Assembly (NCBI GenBank): GCA_046545815.1
Contig: JBKGZA010000001.1
Coordinates: 1,431-65,430 of the forward strand
Source of the DNA: Bacteroidales bacterium
GTDB taxonomy: Bacteria; Bacteroidota; Bacteroidia; Bacteroidales; UBA12077
Direction of reading: 5' to 3'
DNA: 64,000 bases
The position numbers and the translations under genes were made by a program. Shown piece after piece: positions 19,187 to 30,200 of the stretch; within the stretch, counting starts at the first letter, position 1; each line of letters opens with the position of its first letter. Below the pieces are notes generated by a model. The model ran no database searches, had not been told where the DNA came from, and saw only the letters and a list, made by a program, of their open reading frames with translations.

Positions 19187-19840
19187 ATGAATATTGAAAA
19201 AGCACTCAACATAGCATTTGCACTCAGTATAATAACCATTACCTACAACATTATCGAAGGACTTTTTGCTGTGGCATTTGGAATGGAAGACGAAACACTG
19301 GCCCTGTTGGGATTTGGGGTAGATAGTTTTGTGGAAGTGATATCCGGATTGGGCATTGCCCATATGATCTGGAGGATGAAAAGCGGAGGTGGAGAGCATA
19401 CCGACAGGTTCGAAAAACAGGCTTTGCGAATAACCGGTATAAGCTTTTATCTGCTGACAGCAGGATTAGTTGCCGGCGCCGCTCTTAACTTTATACGCAA
19501 CAATCAGCCTGAAACCACGGTAGTTGGGATCATCATTTCAGCGATTTCTATTCTTACCATGTTTTTCCTGATGAAGTACAAATTGAAAATAGGGAGGTTT
19601 CTTAATTCCGATGCCATCATAGCAGATGCAAACTGTACAAGATCATGCTTCTATCTTTCAATCATTTTATTGACTTCCAGCGGACTTTATGAAATCTTTC
19701 ATATAGGATATATTGACACAATTGGGTCGCTTGGAATTGCCTGGTTTGCTTTCAGTGAAGGGAAGGAGGCCTTTGAAAAGGCCAGCAGCGAAAGCCTCAA
19801 CTGTTGCGGATCTTCTTGTCAATATACCCCCGATGATTGA
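19187..19840 (+). CDS. Short cation-transporter-like membrane protein (CDF-like TM domain only)
   Basis: 217 aa, roughly 6 TM helices. GFGVDSFVE and IIADANC sit where CDF transporters carry metal-site motifs. Cys-rich tail LNCCGSSCQ. No cytoplasmic domain. Confidence 0.6.
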   Translation: MNIEKALNIAFALSIITITYNIIEGLFAVAFGMEDETLALLGFGVDSFVEVISGLGIAHMIWRMKSGGGEHTDRFEKQALRITGISFYLLTAGLVAGAALNFIRNNQPETTVVGIIISAISILTMFFLMKYKLKIGRFLNSDAIIADANCTRSCFYLSIILLTSSGLYEIFHIGYIDTIGSLGIAWFAFSEGKEAFEKASSESLNCCGSSCQYTPDD

Positions 19841-20039
19841 TCAAGGCTGATATAATTTCCCTGCTGTAAAACATTAAACAAAGGAATAACTCACTATCTG
19901 TCATTTAAAAACTTTAAGTGTGAAAAAAATAACAAAATGAGCAAAAATTTTGGTTATGAACATAGAATGCATTTATTTTGTACTATTAAAACGATAGGAT
20001 TGATAAGGTAAATAAATTATAATTATAAAAACAAAGACT

Positions 20040-21419
20040 ATGAAAAGATTAAGTATTGTATTAAGCTTTATAATGATTGTTTCAACTGCATTTGGGCAGC
20101 AAATCGGAAACAAAGCAGAAAAGGAGGATAATAGCCGGGAACTTCAATATTTCAGACAGCCCGGATATGATGGGCTAAATGTTTTTGAAACATCAAAAGA
20201 AACAGGGGTGGAATATGAAGGTATTGAGGTGCGCGTAGGCGGCGATTTTGCTTTACAGTACCAGGGCCTTGGCCACTCCAATGCCGAGGGTTCACCTCAA
20301 TTGGTTGAGCTGGGAAGCAATGTCAACCTGCCAACAGCAAATTTAAACCTGGATGTTCAGATACAAAGAGGAATGCGCTTGCACTTGAGAACCTATTTAA
20401 GTTCCCGGCACCATAACGACACGTGGGTGAAAGGTGGCTACGTGCAAGTAGACAGGCTGGATTTCATTAAAGAAGGATTTGGTTCAGGTATCATGGATCT
20501 CGCAACATTCCGTGCCGGAGTGGATGAACTTAACTATGGCGATGCCCATTTTAGAAGGAGTGACAATGCCAGGGCTCTATATAATCCATTCGTAGGCAAC
20601 TATATCATGGATGCATTTACCACCGAACCATTCCTGGAAGTCAACCTTCAGCCTGCGGATCTGATTGTCGTTGGAGGTATTTCCAATGGTCTGTTAAATC
20701 CTACTGTAAACAAAGCAATCACCCAGTGGGGTACTGGCGCTTATCTCGGCACAGCAGAATGGAAGCCTACACTGTATGGCAAACTCGGGTTTGACAAGCA
20801 GGTGAACAACAATCTGAGGGTGCGTTTAACCGGCTCCCTCTACAATGCACCAGGAGCAGATAACGGCAATCACCTTTATGGAGGTGACAGAGCAGGAGCA
20901 CGTTATTACGATGTATTCAGCTCCATAGCTGAAGACTCATCCTCTGTAAGTTCTGATTTTACAAGCGGTAGATTTGATCCGGGTTTTAATGAAGAAACAG
21001 CTTTCCAGATCAACCCTTTTATAAAATATGGCGGACTGGAATTCTTCGGCGTATTTGAACGAACCATGGGCAATAACGGAGCAGAAAATCAAGAAGATGG
21101 TAAATATACCCAGATTGGCGCAGAACTACTATACAGATTCGGCTCGTGGGAACAGTTCTATTTGGGAGGCCGTTACAATTCTGTTTCAGGTCACGGCGAT
21201 TATGCTGAAGGGGAAAGCAAACCAGATACCAAAACCGTCGATCGCATCAACATAGGCGGTGGCTGGTTCATGACCAAAAATGTTTTGGTAAAACTGGAAT
21301 ATGTCAGCCAGCAATATGGAGAAAACTTCAGAGGGACAGGAGGTAACCCAAACGCTCCCATTGCTATTACAGACGGCGAATTCAGCGGTGCTGTGCTTGA
21401 AGCTGTCATCACATTCTGA
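20040..21419 (+). CDS. Putative outer-membrane beta-barrel porin
   Basis: 459 aa with a signal peptide (TAFGQQ), alternating Gly/aromatic-rich pattern and a C-terminal Phe (AVITF). Confidence 0.55.
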   Translation: MKRLSIVLSFIMIVSTAFGQQIGNKAEKEDNSRELQYFRQPGYDGLNVFETSKETGVEYEGIEVRVGGDFALQYQGLGHSNAEGSPQLVELGSNVNLPTANLNLDVQIQRGMRLHLRTYLSSRHHNDTWVKGGYVQVDRLDFIKEGFGSGIMDLATFRAGVDELNYGDAHFRRSDNARALYNPFVGNYIMDAFTTEPFLEVNLQPADLIVVGGISNGLLNPTVNKAITQWGTGAYLGTAEWKPTLYGKLGFDKQVNNNLRVRLTGSLYNAPGADNGNHLYGGDRAGARYYDVFSSIAEDSSSVSSDFTSGRFDPGFNEETAFQINPFIKYGGLEFFGVFERTMGNNGAENQEDGKYTQIGAELLYRFGSWEQFYLGGRYNSVSGHGDYAEGESKPDTKTVDRINIGGGWFMTKNVLVKLEYVSQQYGENFRGTGGNPNAPIAITDGEFSGAVLEAVITF

Positions 21420-21453
21420 CAGGCTCCAGGATACCTCTTCCCCCTTCACAGTA

Positions 21454-21502
21454 CCTTACCGGGCAAGTTTTGCCAGAAAAAACAAGAATTTAACCGGTAA
21501 GG
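21454..21502 (+). repeat. 49-nt palindromic-ended intergenic repeat, copy B
   Basis: ccttaccgggcaagttttgccagaaaaaacaagaatttaaccggtaagg, 35 nt after the porin stop codon. 45/49 identical to copy C. Confidence 0.85.
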
Positions 21503-21567
21503 CACTAAAATGGGTAAAGAGGTTATATTTAAGAAGAGAAGGTTAAATACTTAATAAATTTTTAAAA

Positions 21568-22023
21568 TTGAAATTCAACACGAAAACCAGGTACGGAATC
21601 AGAACGATGCTTGAGATTGCCCTGAAACAAGATCAAGAAGGAATCTTTCAAAAAGAAATTTCCAAAAGCCAAAAGATCTCCTTCAAGTATCTTGATCAGA
21701 TCGTCTCAGCATTAAAAACCGCAAAACTGATTACCAACGTCAAAGGTAAAAAAAGCGGATATATCCTCACACGGTCTGCCGAAAAGATAGCTATGTATGA
21801 TATTCTTAGGGCATTTGAGCCAGAGATATGTATTGTAGATTGTTTATCTGAAAATGTGCATTGTCCGGATGAAAATTATTGCGCTCCCAGAGATTTCTGG
21901 TTAGACCTGAATACGCTGATCGCTGATTATTTTTCTCAATACACGCTTAAAGATCTGGTAGAAAGGCAAAGGGCTTACAACTCCCATTCAAGAGACGATT
22001 CCAAACAACAAGATAATGTTTGA
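21568..22023 (+). CDS. Rrf2-family transcriptional regulator
   Basis: N-terminus (TTG)KFNTKTRYGIRTMLEIA is the Rrf2 wHTH. Cys cluster CIVDC..HC....YC. TTG start. Confidence 0.85.
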   Translation: MKFNTKTRYGIRTMLEIALKQDQEGIFQKEISKSQKISFKYLDQIVSALKTAKLITNVKGKKSGYILTRSAEKIAMYDILRAFEPEICIVDCLSENVHCPDENYCAPRDFWLDLNTLIADYFSQYTLKDLVERQRAYNSHSRDDSKQQDNV

Positions 22024-22184
22024 GTCATATATTCGGTAATTATGATAGAGCGATGCAGGCTTTTACCGACCGGATTCACAGGCAGAGTCAGGATGAATCG
22101 AACGGGTAATTAAAATAGATTCCAGAGGTTCAACCTTTTTCAACAATTTTTGTTAAACATATTAACATAATAAAACCATTAACA

Positions 22185-22823
22185 ATGAAATATACACTCA
22201 CAAATATCAAAAAAATTATAATATCAAGGTCTATTCTACTGATATTAATTACTATGCCTATTGCTATTCCTGCAATTGCACAGGATAACGTTCAGCTTAT
22301 TAATATTGGTTCTGAAACCGATCTGTCTTTTGACGGAACTTCCAATGTGCATGATTGGAATAGCAAGGTAACCGAAATTGAAGGCAAGGGAACATTTGTC
22401 CAGGCCTTATTTAAGGGAGCGGAAGGCGAACTCCCGGAAGATCCTGTAAAAGAGGTTACGCTGACCATACCGGTACAAAGCATTGAAAGCGGGAAAGGAA
22501 AGATGAATAATATTATGTATGATGCTCTTAAAGCAGAGAATCATCCCAAAATCGAATATAATCTGGTCAGTTCAAAGCTTCTTCAGAAAACAGAAGAGGC
22601 ATTTACACTCCAAACAGAAGGTTATCTTACCGTTGCAGGAGTAAAAAAACAGATCTCAATGCAGGTTAAAGGTGAACAAGTGGATGACAATACCATTCGG
22701 TTTACTGGTGCCAAAAATCTAAAAATGACTGATTTTAAAATAAATCCGCCTAAAGCATTGTTTGGAGCCATAAAATCGGGAGATGAGGTGAATGTAAAAT
22801 TTTCTGCGATATTTTCTGAATAA
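22185..22823 (+). CDS. YceI-like periplasmic (polyisoprenoid-binding-like) protein
   Basis: 212 aa with a signal peptide. SFDGTSNVHDWNSKV and the overall beta pattern are typical of YceI domains. Confidence 0.7.
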   Translation: MKYTLTNIKKIIISRSILLILITMPIAIPAIAQDNVQLINIGSETDLSFDGTSNVHDWNSKVTEIEGKGTFVQALFKGAEGELPEDPVKEVTLTIPVQSIESGKGKMNNIMYDALKAENHPKIEYNLVSSKLLQKTEEAFTLQTEGYLTVAGVKKQISMQVKGEQVDDNTIRFTGAKNLKMTDFKINPPKALFGAIKSGDEVNVKFSAIFSE

Positions 22824-22914
22824 TTGGATCAGGGGTGTCAAAACATCCCCGGTTCGCATAGAATAAAAGCCTTCTTCCTGCTTATTTAAACACAGGCTGA
22901 AAAATAAAAAGCAC

Positions 22915-22963
22915 CCTTACCGGGGAAGTTTTGCCAAAAAAAGCAAGAATTTGACCGGTAAGG
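22915..22963 (+). repeat. 49-nt palindromic-ended intergenic repeat, copy C
   Basis: ccttaccggggaagttttgccaaaaaaagcaagaatttgaccggtaagg, 91 nt after the yceI-like stop codon. Confidence 0.85.
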
Positions 22964-23120
22964 TACTACCTTTTTTCAGGACAAGACTGAAAAAAAGCGC
23001 TCCGCGGAAGAAACCAATGTTTAGGTTAAATTTGAACAACATGTTGGTTCAAGGTGCGCTTTAAGCGCCTAACTTACCTTACATTTCGGCTGAAATGAGA
23101 TGAACAGGATGTATGTATCT

Positions 23121-23154
23121 AAAAACAACCGGCACTGAAAAAGTGCCGGTTGTT
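23121..23154 (-). terminator. Rho-independent terminator of the sugar-porter gene
   Basis: 13-bp stem aacaaccggcact/agtgccggttgtt with a 5-nt loop, followed by a T-run on the minus strand (A-run 23121-23125). Confidence 0.8.
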
Positions 23155-23180
23155 ACAGTACAAAGAAAGAAACATATTCA

Positions 23181-24644
23181 CTAAAGCTTCTTGGGATGCT
23201 TCCCATCAAGGAAGTGTTTCTCAATCTGTTCAAGAGAATGACCCTTGGTTTCAGGAATATAAGAATAGATAAAGATCAGTCCAATTATACCAACTACTGC
23301 ATAAATAAAAAAAGCGCCTCCGGGATTAACGAGCATACCTTCTCCTGCCGGATGGGGCATTTCGCCAGTAACCGCTCTGCCAAGCGAAAGGAATGTATTG
23401 GCGATTAAGAAGTTAGCCACCCAATTCACCATTGTGGCAATACTCATGCCAAGACCTCGGATCTTTGTAGGATAAATCTCTGATATCAGAACCCAGGCAA
23501 TAGGTCCAAGGCTCACAGCAAAGAAAGGTATATACACGATCATGCTAACAAAAGAAACCCATTTAAGTGCAGCACCTCCAACTGACTGATAGAATGTAAA
23601 ACTTATACCCATAGCGAGAAGCGCCACAATCATTCCAATCAATCCCAAATAAAGCAAGGGTTTTCTTCCCCAGCGATCAATCAAGTAAATCGCCACCACT
23701 GTAAACAATACATTAACAAAACCAATGGGTAATGAGGGAAGAATGGCATTATAAACGGGATCTCCCGTTTCGGCACCGAATCCTGCCATTTCAAATATGG
23801 TAGGTGAATAGTATATGATGGTATTAATTCCTGTAAGCTGCTGTACAAGCATTATACCAATCCCGATGATAAGGGCGGGGCGAACCCACTTGGCACCCAA
23901 GGCTTTAAGTATTCCGGGTTGTTCTCTTTCTTTCTGAATGTTTATTTTAATCTGCTCCAACACCTCATCTCTTTTGGGTTCTCCAACCCTATCCAGAACT
24001 TTCTTAGCCTGGCTCTCGGTTTTATAATTCATTAACCAACGTGGAGTTTCGGGGAGGAAAAACATGCCAATAAACAAAATAAGTGAAGGAACCAAACCCA
24101 CAATAAACATCCAGCGCCATCCCTCGTCAAAATTTGCAAAACCCAGATCAACCAAATAGGATACAAAAATACCAACAGTTATAGCCAATTGATTAATAGA
24201 AACCAGGGCTCCGCGTACGTGTGTGGGAGACAATTCTGAAATATAAAGCGGTACGGTATAAGAAGCAACACCAATAGCAATACCAATAATCCCCCTCCAG
24301 ATAATGAGGGCAGCAACACTATTGGCGGCGGCAAGACCGACCGAACCAATCGCAAATATCAGAGCGGTAATGATCAATACTTTTTTACGGCCTAAAACAT
24401 CCGTAATCCTGCCACTACTTAATGCTCCAACTGCGGCACCCAAAACTGTGATACTAACAATCCATTCCTGTGTTCTTTCAGGGAGTTGCGTCATTCCGTT
24501 AATCACTAAATTCGGATCGTCTTTAATGAGCAGTAAAGCCCCGGAGATCACTCCGGTGTCGAAACCAAAGAGCAACCCTCCAAACGCTGCAATTGCAGCT
24601 ATTAGAATAACATAACCTCTGTTATAAGACTTTGATTTTGCCAT
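23181..24644 (-). CDS. Sugar-porter-family MFS transporter
   Basis: 487 aa, 12 TM helices. GRKKVL and PETPRWL sugar-porter signatures. Confidence 0.88.
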   Translation of the reverse strand: MAKSKSYNRGYVILIAAIAAFGGLLFGFDTGVISGALLLIKDDPNLVINGMTQLPERTQEWIVSITVLGAAVGALSSGRITDVLGRKKVLIITALIFAIGSVGLAAANSVAALIIWRGIIGIAIGVASYTVPLYISELSPTHVRGALVSINQLAITVGIFVSYLVDLGFANFDEGWRWMFIVGLVPSLILFIGMFFLPETPRWLMNYKTESQAKKVLDRVGEPKRDEVLEQIKINIQKEREQPGILKALGAKWVRPALIIGIGIMLVQQLTGINTIIYYSPTIFEMAGFGAETGDPVYNAILPSLPIGFVNVLFTVVAIYLIDRWGRKPLLYLGLIGMIVALLAMGISFTFYQSVGGAALKWVSFVSMIVYIPFFAVSLGPIAWVLISEIYPTKIRGLGMSIATMVNWVANFLIANTFLSLGRAVTGEMPHPAGEGMLVNPGGAFFIYAVVGIIGLIFIYSYIPETKGHSLEQIEKHFLDGKHPKKL

Positions 24645-24834
24645 AAGAATAAGTTTTTATTTGGTTTAAAATTAAATAATAGAAATTCCTGTTCAAATAT
24701 AATCATTAATATATAGACTGACCCAAAAACCATCTTTCCTTTATTAAAAGAATACGCTTTCATATCAATTCTCATGTATTACAGCTGTTGTGCTACAGTT
24801 TGTTGGGGTCATTTTCTTAAGCAGGCGTTAAACC

Positions 24835-27066
24835 CTACTTTCCAACCAATTTAAACTCCCTTTCCTTAATATCTTCAGAGCTGCTTCCAATAAAAACTTT
24901 AAATTCGCCAGGTTCGGCTTCAAATTCCATGTCTTTTGTATAGAATGCCAGATCATCTGAGGAAATCTCAAAAATCACATCCCGCTCCTCGCCGGGCTGA
25001 AGGAAAATCTTCCTAAAGTCTTTCAGTTCTTTTACCGGGCGGGTAACACTTCCAACCATATCGCGCGTGTACAACTGAACAATTTCTTCTCCCATCCTGT
25101 CACCGGTATTCTTTATGGTTATACCCACCTGCAGGGTTTCTCCAAAATTGATTTCTTGCTGACTCAGGCGGATATCCGAATAGGAAAAGGTGGTATAGCT
25201 CAATCCATAACCGAAAGGATACAAGGGTTTATTGGGTCCATCAATGTATTTGGAGGTATATCTTACTTCTTCCTGTTTCGGCCGCCCCGTGTTTTTATGT
25301 TCATAATTGACGGGAGTCTGACCCACTGCATAAGGAAATGAAACCGGTAACTTCCCTGAAGGGTTATAATCTCCAAAAATTACATCGGCCAGGGCATTTC
25401 CTCCTTCTGTGCCGGGCAGCCAGGCTTCAAGAATAGCAGATGCAGCAGTATCAACCTCGGGAATGGCAAGAGGCCGTCCGTTCATCAAAACGACAATCAA
25501 CGGTTTATTAAGTTTGGCGAGTTCCATCACCAGTTCCTTCTGCACGCCTGGGAGATCAATATTCATCCTGGACAGGGCTTCTCCACTCATCATAGCACTT
25601 TCACCAACTACTGCGACTATTGCCTCAGCACGTTTCGCCTTTCTAATGGCATCCGCAAACCCTTCCTTATTCTTTCCGGTGATATTACAACCTTTGGAAT
25701 AACGAATGTTTGTGTTATTCCCTATCTTCGATTTAAAACCTTCCATTGTATTAACCACATGTTCTGCTTCTCCGTGTGCAGACCAGGTACCGATATATTC
25801 TTCATCTCCCTTAACCAGGGGTCCGATAAGTGCTATATTGGATAGATCTTTGCTCAGAGGAAGTACATTATCTTCATTTTTCAACAATACCATAGATTCA
25901 GAGGCTATCTCCCGGGCATGTTTTCTATGAGGTTCGGCAAGAAGCAATTCTTGTTCCCTATCCTCATCGCAATATTTATAAGGATCATCAAAAAGACCCA
26001 ACTCAAATTTCTTTCTCAGAATTCTTCTTACGGCTTCATCTATCTGGGATTCGCTAATCTCGTCGTCTTCCAGTAAATTCTTCATTTCCTGCAGGTAAAT
26101 ACGACCCTCCATATCCATATCCACACCGGCATTCATGGCAAGACTACCTGCCTCATATTCATTTTTGGCAAAGCCATGAACGATCATTTCAGATACAGAG
26201 CCCCAGTCGGAAACGATAAATCCGTTAAAATCCCACTGATCTTTGATAATATCTTTTACAAACCGCTTGCTTCCGGTTACAGGTACACCGTTAAGCTCGT
26301 TGAAGGAGGTCATGTAAGTGGCTACGCCGGCTTCCTGTGCAGCTTCAAAAGGAGGGAGAAATGTCTCTTTCAGGCTCCGGATGGACATATCCACGGTATT
26401 GTAATCCCGGCCGCCCAGCGGGGCACCATAAGCCACATAGTGCTTTGCACAGGCAAGCATGGTATAATTGTCATCCAGAAAACCTCCCTGAAAGCCTCTT
26501 ACTCTGGCCTTAGCCACTTCTGAACCCAGATAGGGGTCTTCACCGGCGCCTTCCATAATACGCCCCCATCTGGCATCACGAGATACATCTACCATAGGTG
26601 CAAAAGTCCAATGCTGACCGGCCGCAGTGGCTTCAACAGCAGCAATACGGGCAGAGCGCTCTATGACAGGAAGATTCCAGGTAGCAGTTTCACCCAAAGG
26701 TATAGGAAAAATGGTTTTGTATCCATGAACCACATCATATCCAAAAATCAGGGGAATACCCAAACGTGTCTCTTCCACGGCAATTTTCTGCAGTCTTCGG
26801 GTATATTCGGCTCCATTAACATTTAACATGGAGCCTATCTGTCCATCCCTGAGCTGTTGGACATAGTCCTGATCCATCGTAACAGGTCCGGTCACTTCTC
26901 CCTCACCGGAAATTAGATTTAGCTGACCAATCTTTTCTTCGAGTGTCATCAGCTTCAACACAGAATCAACTTTTTCGGATATCTCGTCATCAATCCGGGT
27001 TTGTCCGCTGGAACCAAAGGCAATAAAAACCAATAAAACAGACAATAACAGGTTAACAAATTTCAT
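24835..27066 (-). CDS. bglX: Glycoside hydrolase family 3 beta-glucosidase (periplasmic)
   Basis: 743 aa with a signal peptide. GFIVSDWGS nucleophile region and a C-terminal FnIII-like domain. Confidence 0.88.
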   Translation of the reverse strand: MKFVNLLLSVLLVFIAFGSSGQTRIDDEISEKVDSVLKLMTLEEKIGQLNLISGEGEVTGPVTMDQDYVQQLRDGQIGSMLNVNGAEYTRRLQKIAVEETRLGIPLIFGYDVVHGYKTIFPIPLGETATWNLPVIERSARIAAVEATAAGQHWTFAPMVDVSRDARWGRIMEGAGEDPYLGSEVAKARVRGFQGGFLDDNYTMLACAKHYVAYGAPLGGRDYNTVDMSIRSLKETFLPPFEAAQEAGVATYMTSFNELNGVPVTGSKRFVKDIIKDQWDFNGFIVSDWGSVSEMIVHGFAKNEYEAGSLAMNAGVDMDMEGRIYLQEMKNLLEDDEISESQIDEAVRRILRKKFELGLFDDPYKYCDEDREQELLLAEPHRKHAREIASESMVLLKNEDNVLPLSKDLSNIALIGPLVKGDEEYIGTWSAHGEAEHVVNTMEGFKSKIGNNTNIRYSKGCNITGKNKEGFADAIRKAKRAEAIVAVVGESAMMSGEALSRMNIDLPGVQKELVMELAKLNKPLIVVLMNGRPLAIPEVDTAASAILEAWLPGTEGGNALADVIFGDYNPSGKLPVSFPYAVGQTPVNYEHKNTGRPKQEEVRYTSKYIDGPNKPLYPFGYGLSYTTFSYSDIRLSQQEINFGETLQVGITIKNTGDRMGEEIVQLYTRDMVGSVTRPVKELKDFRKIFLQPGEERDVIFEISSDDLAFYTKDMEFEAEPGEFKVFIGSSSEDIKEREFKLVGK

Positions 27067-27294
27067 AACGGATAATTTTTTAGATTTTTAAATTTAATAA
27101 TTTTTGGAAAGAACGGGCAGTCCGGATGATAAAATTCTTTAATTTTTTTATTCTAACCGATCTTTAAAAGAATGGTATCCACAAATCGAACATAGTTCAT
27201 AACGAGGAAAAATATAACAAAAGAAGGTGTTCAGGAAGCTTAAAAGCTGGGTTTGCTGAATTCCTTCTTTCAAAACAAGATAAAACATATGGGA

Positions 27295-30200
27295 TTACCA
27301 TCCGCTGCCTCTAATAAAGAGCCCGAAGGTAATGTTTTTATCGCTGCGCTGGAAAGGTATAGCGGCATAAGGTTCGAGTACGGCATATCCGAAAAGATTA
27401 ATCCGTAGGGCAACCCCTGCACTAAATATGGGTGTATTTCTCTCGCTTAAAGGCTTCCATGAAAACGTAAGATTGTCATAACTCTCTGTAGCAAAACCAC
27501 CATCAATAAATCCTACCAATGTAGTATACAGATATTTAGACTTTATGTAGGTTAACCGCTCCGGGCCGCTGAACGGGAGACGCACCTCTGCATTGATTAC
27601 ACCCATTTTTGATCCGACCATATAATTTAAATTCTGATAAACAGAGCCATACCCCTGCGACTGATCATACGAATTGTAGGAATATCCCCTAACATAATAA
27701 TGGTCACCAACATATAAAGGATACAATTCATTTGCATCTGGCCCGTACCGGGCATAATGAAGCGCACGAATACCAAAGCTCCATGGATTCTGGAAATAAT
27801 AATTTCTGTAATCAATTTGCGTAGTAGCGATATCATATGATGCAAACATCTTACCTACCTGAAAACGATAACGATAACCACCTAAAGGCCCGGTGATTCC
27901 AAAATTGGTATCATCTCCCACATAAGCCAGATAGGTATTCCCTACATAAAACGGGTCCGGCTCTTCTTCGGGAATTCTCTCCTTTTTCCTGTCTATCAAT
28001 AAATTTCCATGATAATAGTTGTTAATTTGCTGAACCATATAGCTATATCTGGAAAGTGAGCCCCCTGCTTCAAAACGGAGTTTCTTAGACAGCGGATATT
28101 GGCCGAACAAGGCCACCTGATCATGAAAAATCCTTGTCTGCTGAATAATAAAATTACTTACCGGTACGGTGCCTTCGGATGTTTCAATACTATCCTGAGG
28201 ATTAAAGCCATAATAGGAATATCTGTAAGGAATGTGGCTCAGTGAACCACCCCAGTTCAAACGTGACTCCTGATTCAGATAAGAAACATATCCTCCGAAA
28301 TCATATATTTCACCTTGTACCTGTAAATTGGTTATCAATTGATGGTGCTTCAAAACATCACTCCAAAGGGCAGTAACTCCACCGGAAGCATAAGTTCCAA
28401 ACTGACTGGATCCTACTCCGGCACCTGTGCTTCCAAGATAATCGAGCTGAAATTCAGGATCATAAGGTTTACTGTTAAAAGATGCGTCCGAAATTGGTGA
28501 ATGGCGTTTCAGATTGTTATCCACAATATTAAGAACCCTGTCTCTTCCCGGAGGGAGGAAAGAGGCACCTTTTTCGGCAAGATTTCTGTCTACCCTTTCT
28601 CTTTCAAAATCCTCTGGTTCTGCCATATATACAGAATATTTTCCGTCTTCGTACAAGGTATAAGCAATTTCTCCGGTTTCACTTGCCACGCTGTATGCCG
28701 GAGACAGATCGGTAATGCCGCTGATGCCGGTTATAAAATCGGTTAATTTATAAACATTTTGTGTTTCCAGCTCATATTCATAAAGGTTTCGCAATCCCTC
28801 AGCATGAGAAAGGAAATACAACGATTCACCATCCGGAGAAAACTGAGGGCTGAAGTTATCACTATCGGGGAAAACCGGCAATAATTCAATATCTCCGGTT
28901 TCAACATCCAGAATACACAATCGATATTTACCATAGGTTGGGGTCTCAAAATCAGTATCCGGGCCTCTTTCAGAAACGAAGGCGATCTTCTCTCCATCGG
29001 GTGACCATGAAGCATGCAGGTCAGAATAAGGATCATCAGTCAGTTGCTTAATCCGACCGTTTTGTATATGGTATGTATATAAGTCACTTTGACCATCTAC
29101 CAGTCCCGTCAACAGAATCTTTTCTCCGTCCGGTGACCATTCGGGATTGTCAAAGGCCTGAATATTCTTTAAATCTATTTCATCTGCCACATCTACATTA
29201 TCTCCTTCTATATCGGCAATAAGCAAACGGTTTCTCCCCTTGGCAATGGTGGTAAGCACATACCGTTCTCCATTTGGAGAAAAAGAGCCGGCAGATTCAA
29301 TATAATTATAGTTGTCAATATCTCCCTGTCTCACTGCACTGGTTAACTTTTTTATAATCTCCCTGTTTTCTGTATTGGCCATCAATATATCTACAGTAAT
29401 CACATTTTTATTGGAGATGAAAGTCATATGTTTACCATCCGGGCTTAACACCGGAGAAAGGTTCAATTCTCCGGAGGTTTGAGGGCTGAACATAGTTCTT
29501 CCCAAGGTATTAATTGTATCTTCCTTAATATAGGGCGCATAAGTTTTCTTAACCGATTTTTCCCAGAGATTTGAGAGACTATCGGTAGTCATACCAAACA
29601 GATTATTCACAGCCCTGTCAAGGCCATATTTGGCTGTGGCCAGCAAAACCGGCTCGATCATGGCATCCCCCCAAACACCTGTTATAAAGGACCAAAAAGC
29701 ATGCCCATAGCGATAAGGAAAATATTCATTAGGTTTGCGCGTCATATCCTCTATAGAGGGTATATCATCCTGTAATATGGCATCGCGCATCCACATGGCC
29801 GTTTTGTCATCCGAAGGCCCGATAGACAAATATTCGGCCATGCCTTCAATCATCCAGAGAGGAATATTCTGAAGAGACTGAAGACCCAACGTATCATTCT
29901 GCTTAACCATGTTATACTGAAAAACGTGTATCATCTCATGGCCCAAAACATGATCTGTTTCTCTGTTTGAGATCATAAAAGGCATGACCACCCTTTTTCT
30001 CAAGGCTTCGGTTACCCCTCCGGTACCCACACCAATTTGTCCACCTATTACAGTAGTTTGCTGGAAATCAGGATGATTATTGTAGGCAATAAGCGGGTTT
30101 TGTGTAATGGTATCTCTAAAAATGGCAAAATGCCGATCATACCAATGTTCAGTTTGCTTCCCCAGCCTTTTTATTGCATCATTGGAATTCATATAGTTAT

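Noticed and set aside
19937-20011. 24-codon ORF (MSKNFGYEHRMHLFCTIKTIGLIR) upstream of the porin-like gene.
   Set aside because: It lies in an AT-rich promoter-like region and has no supporting signals. Small ORFs of this size arise by chance.
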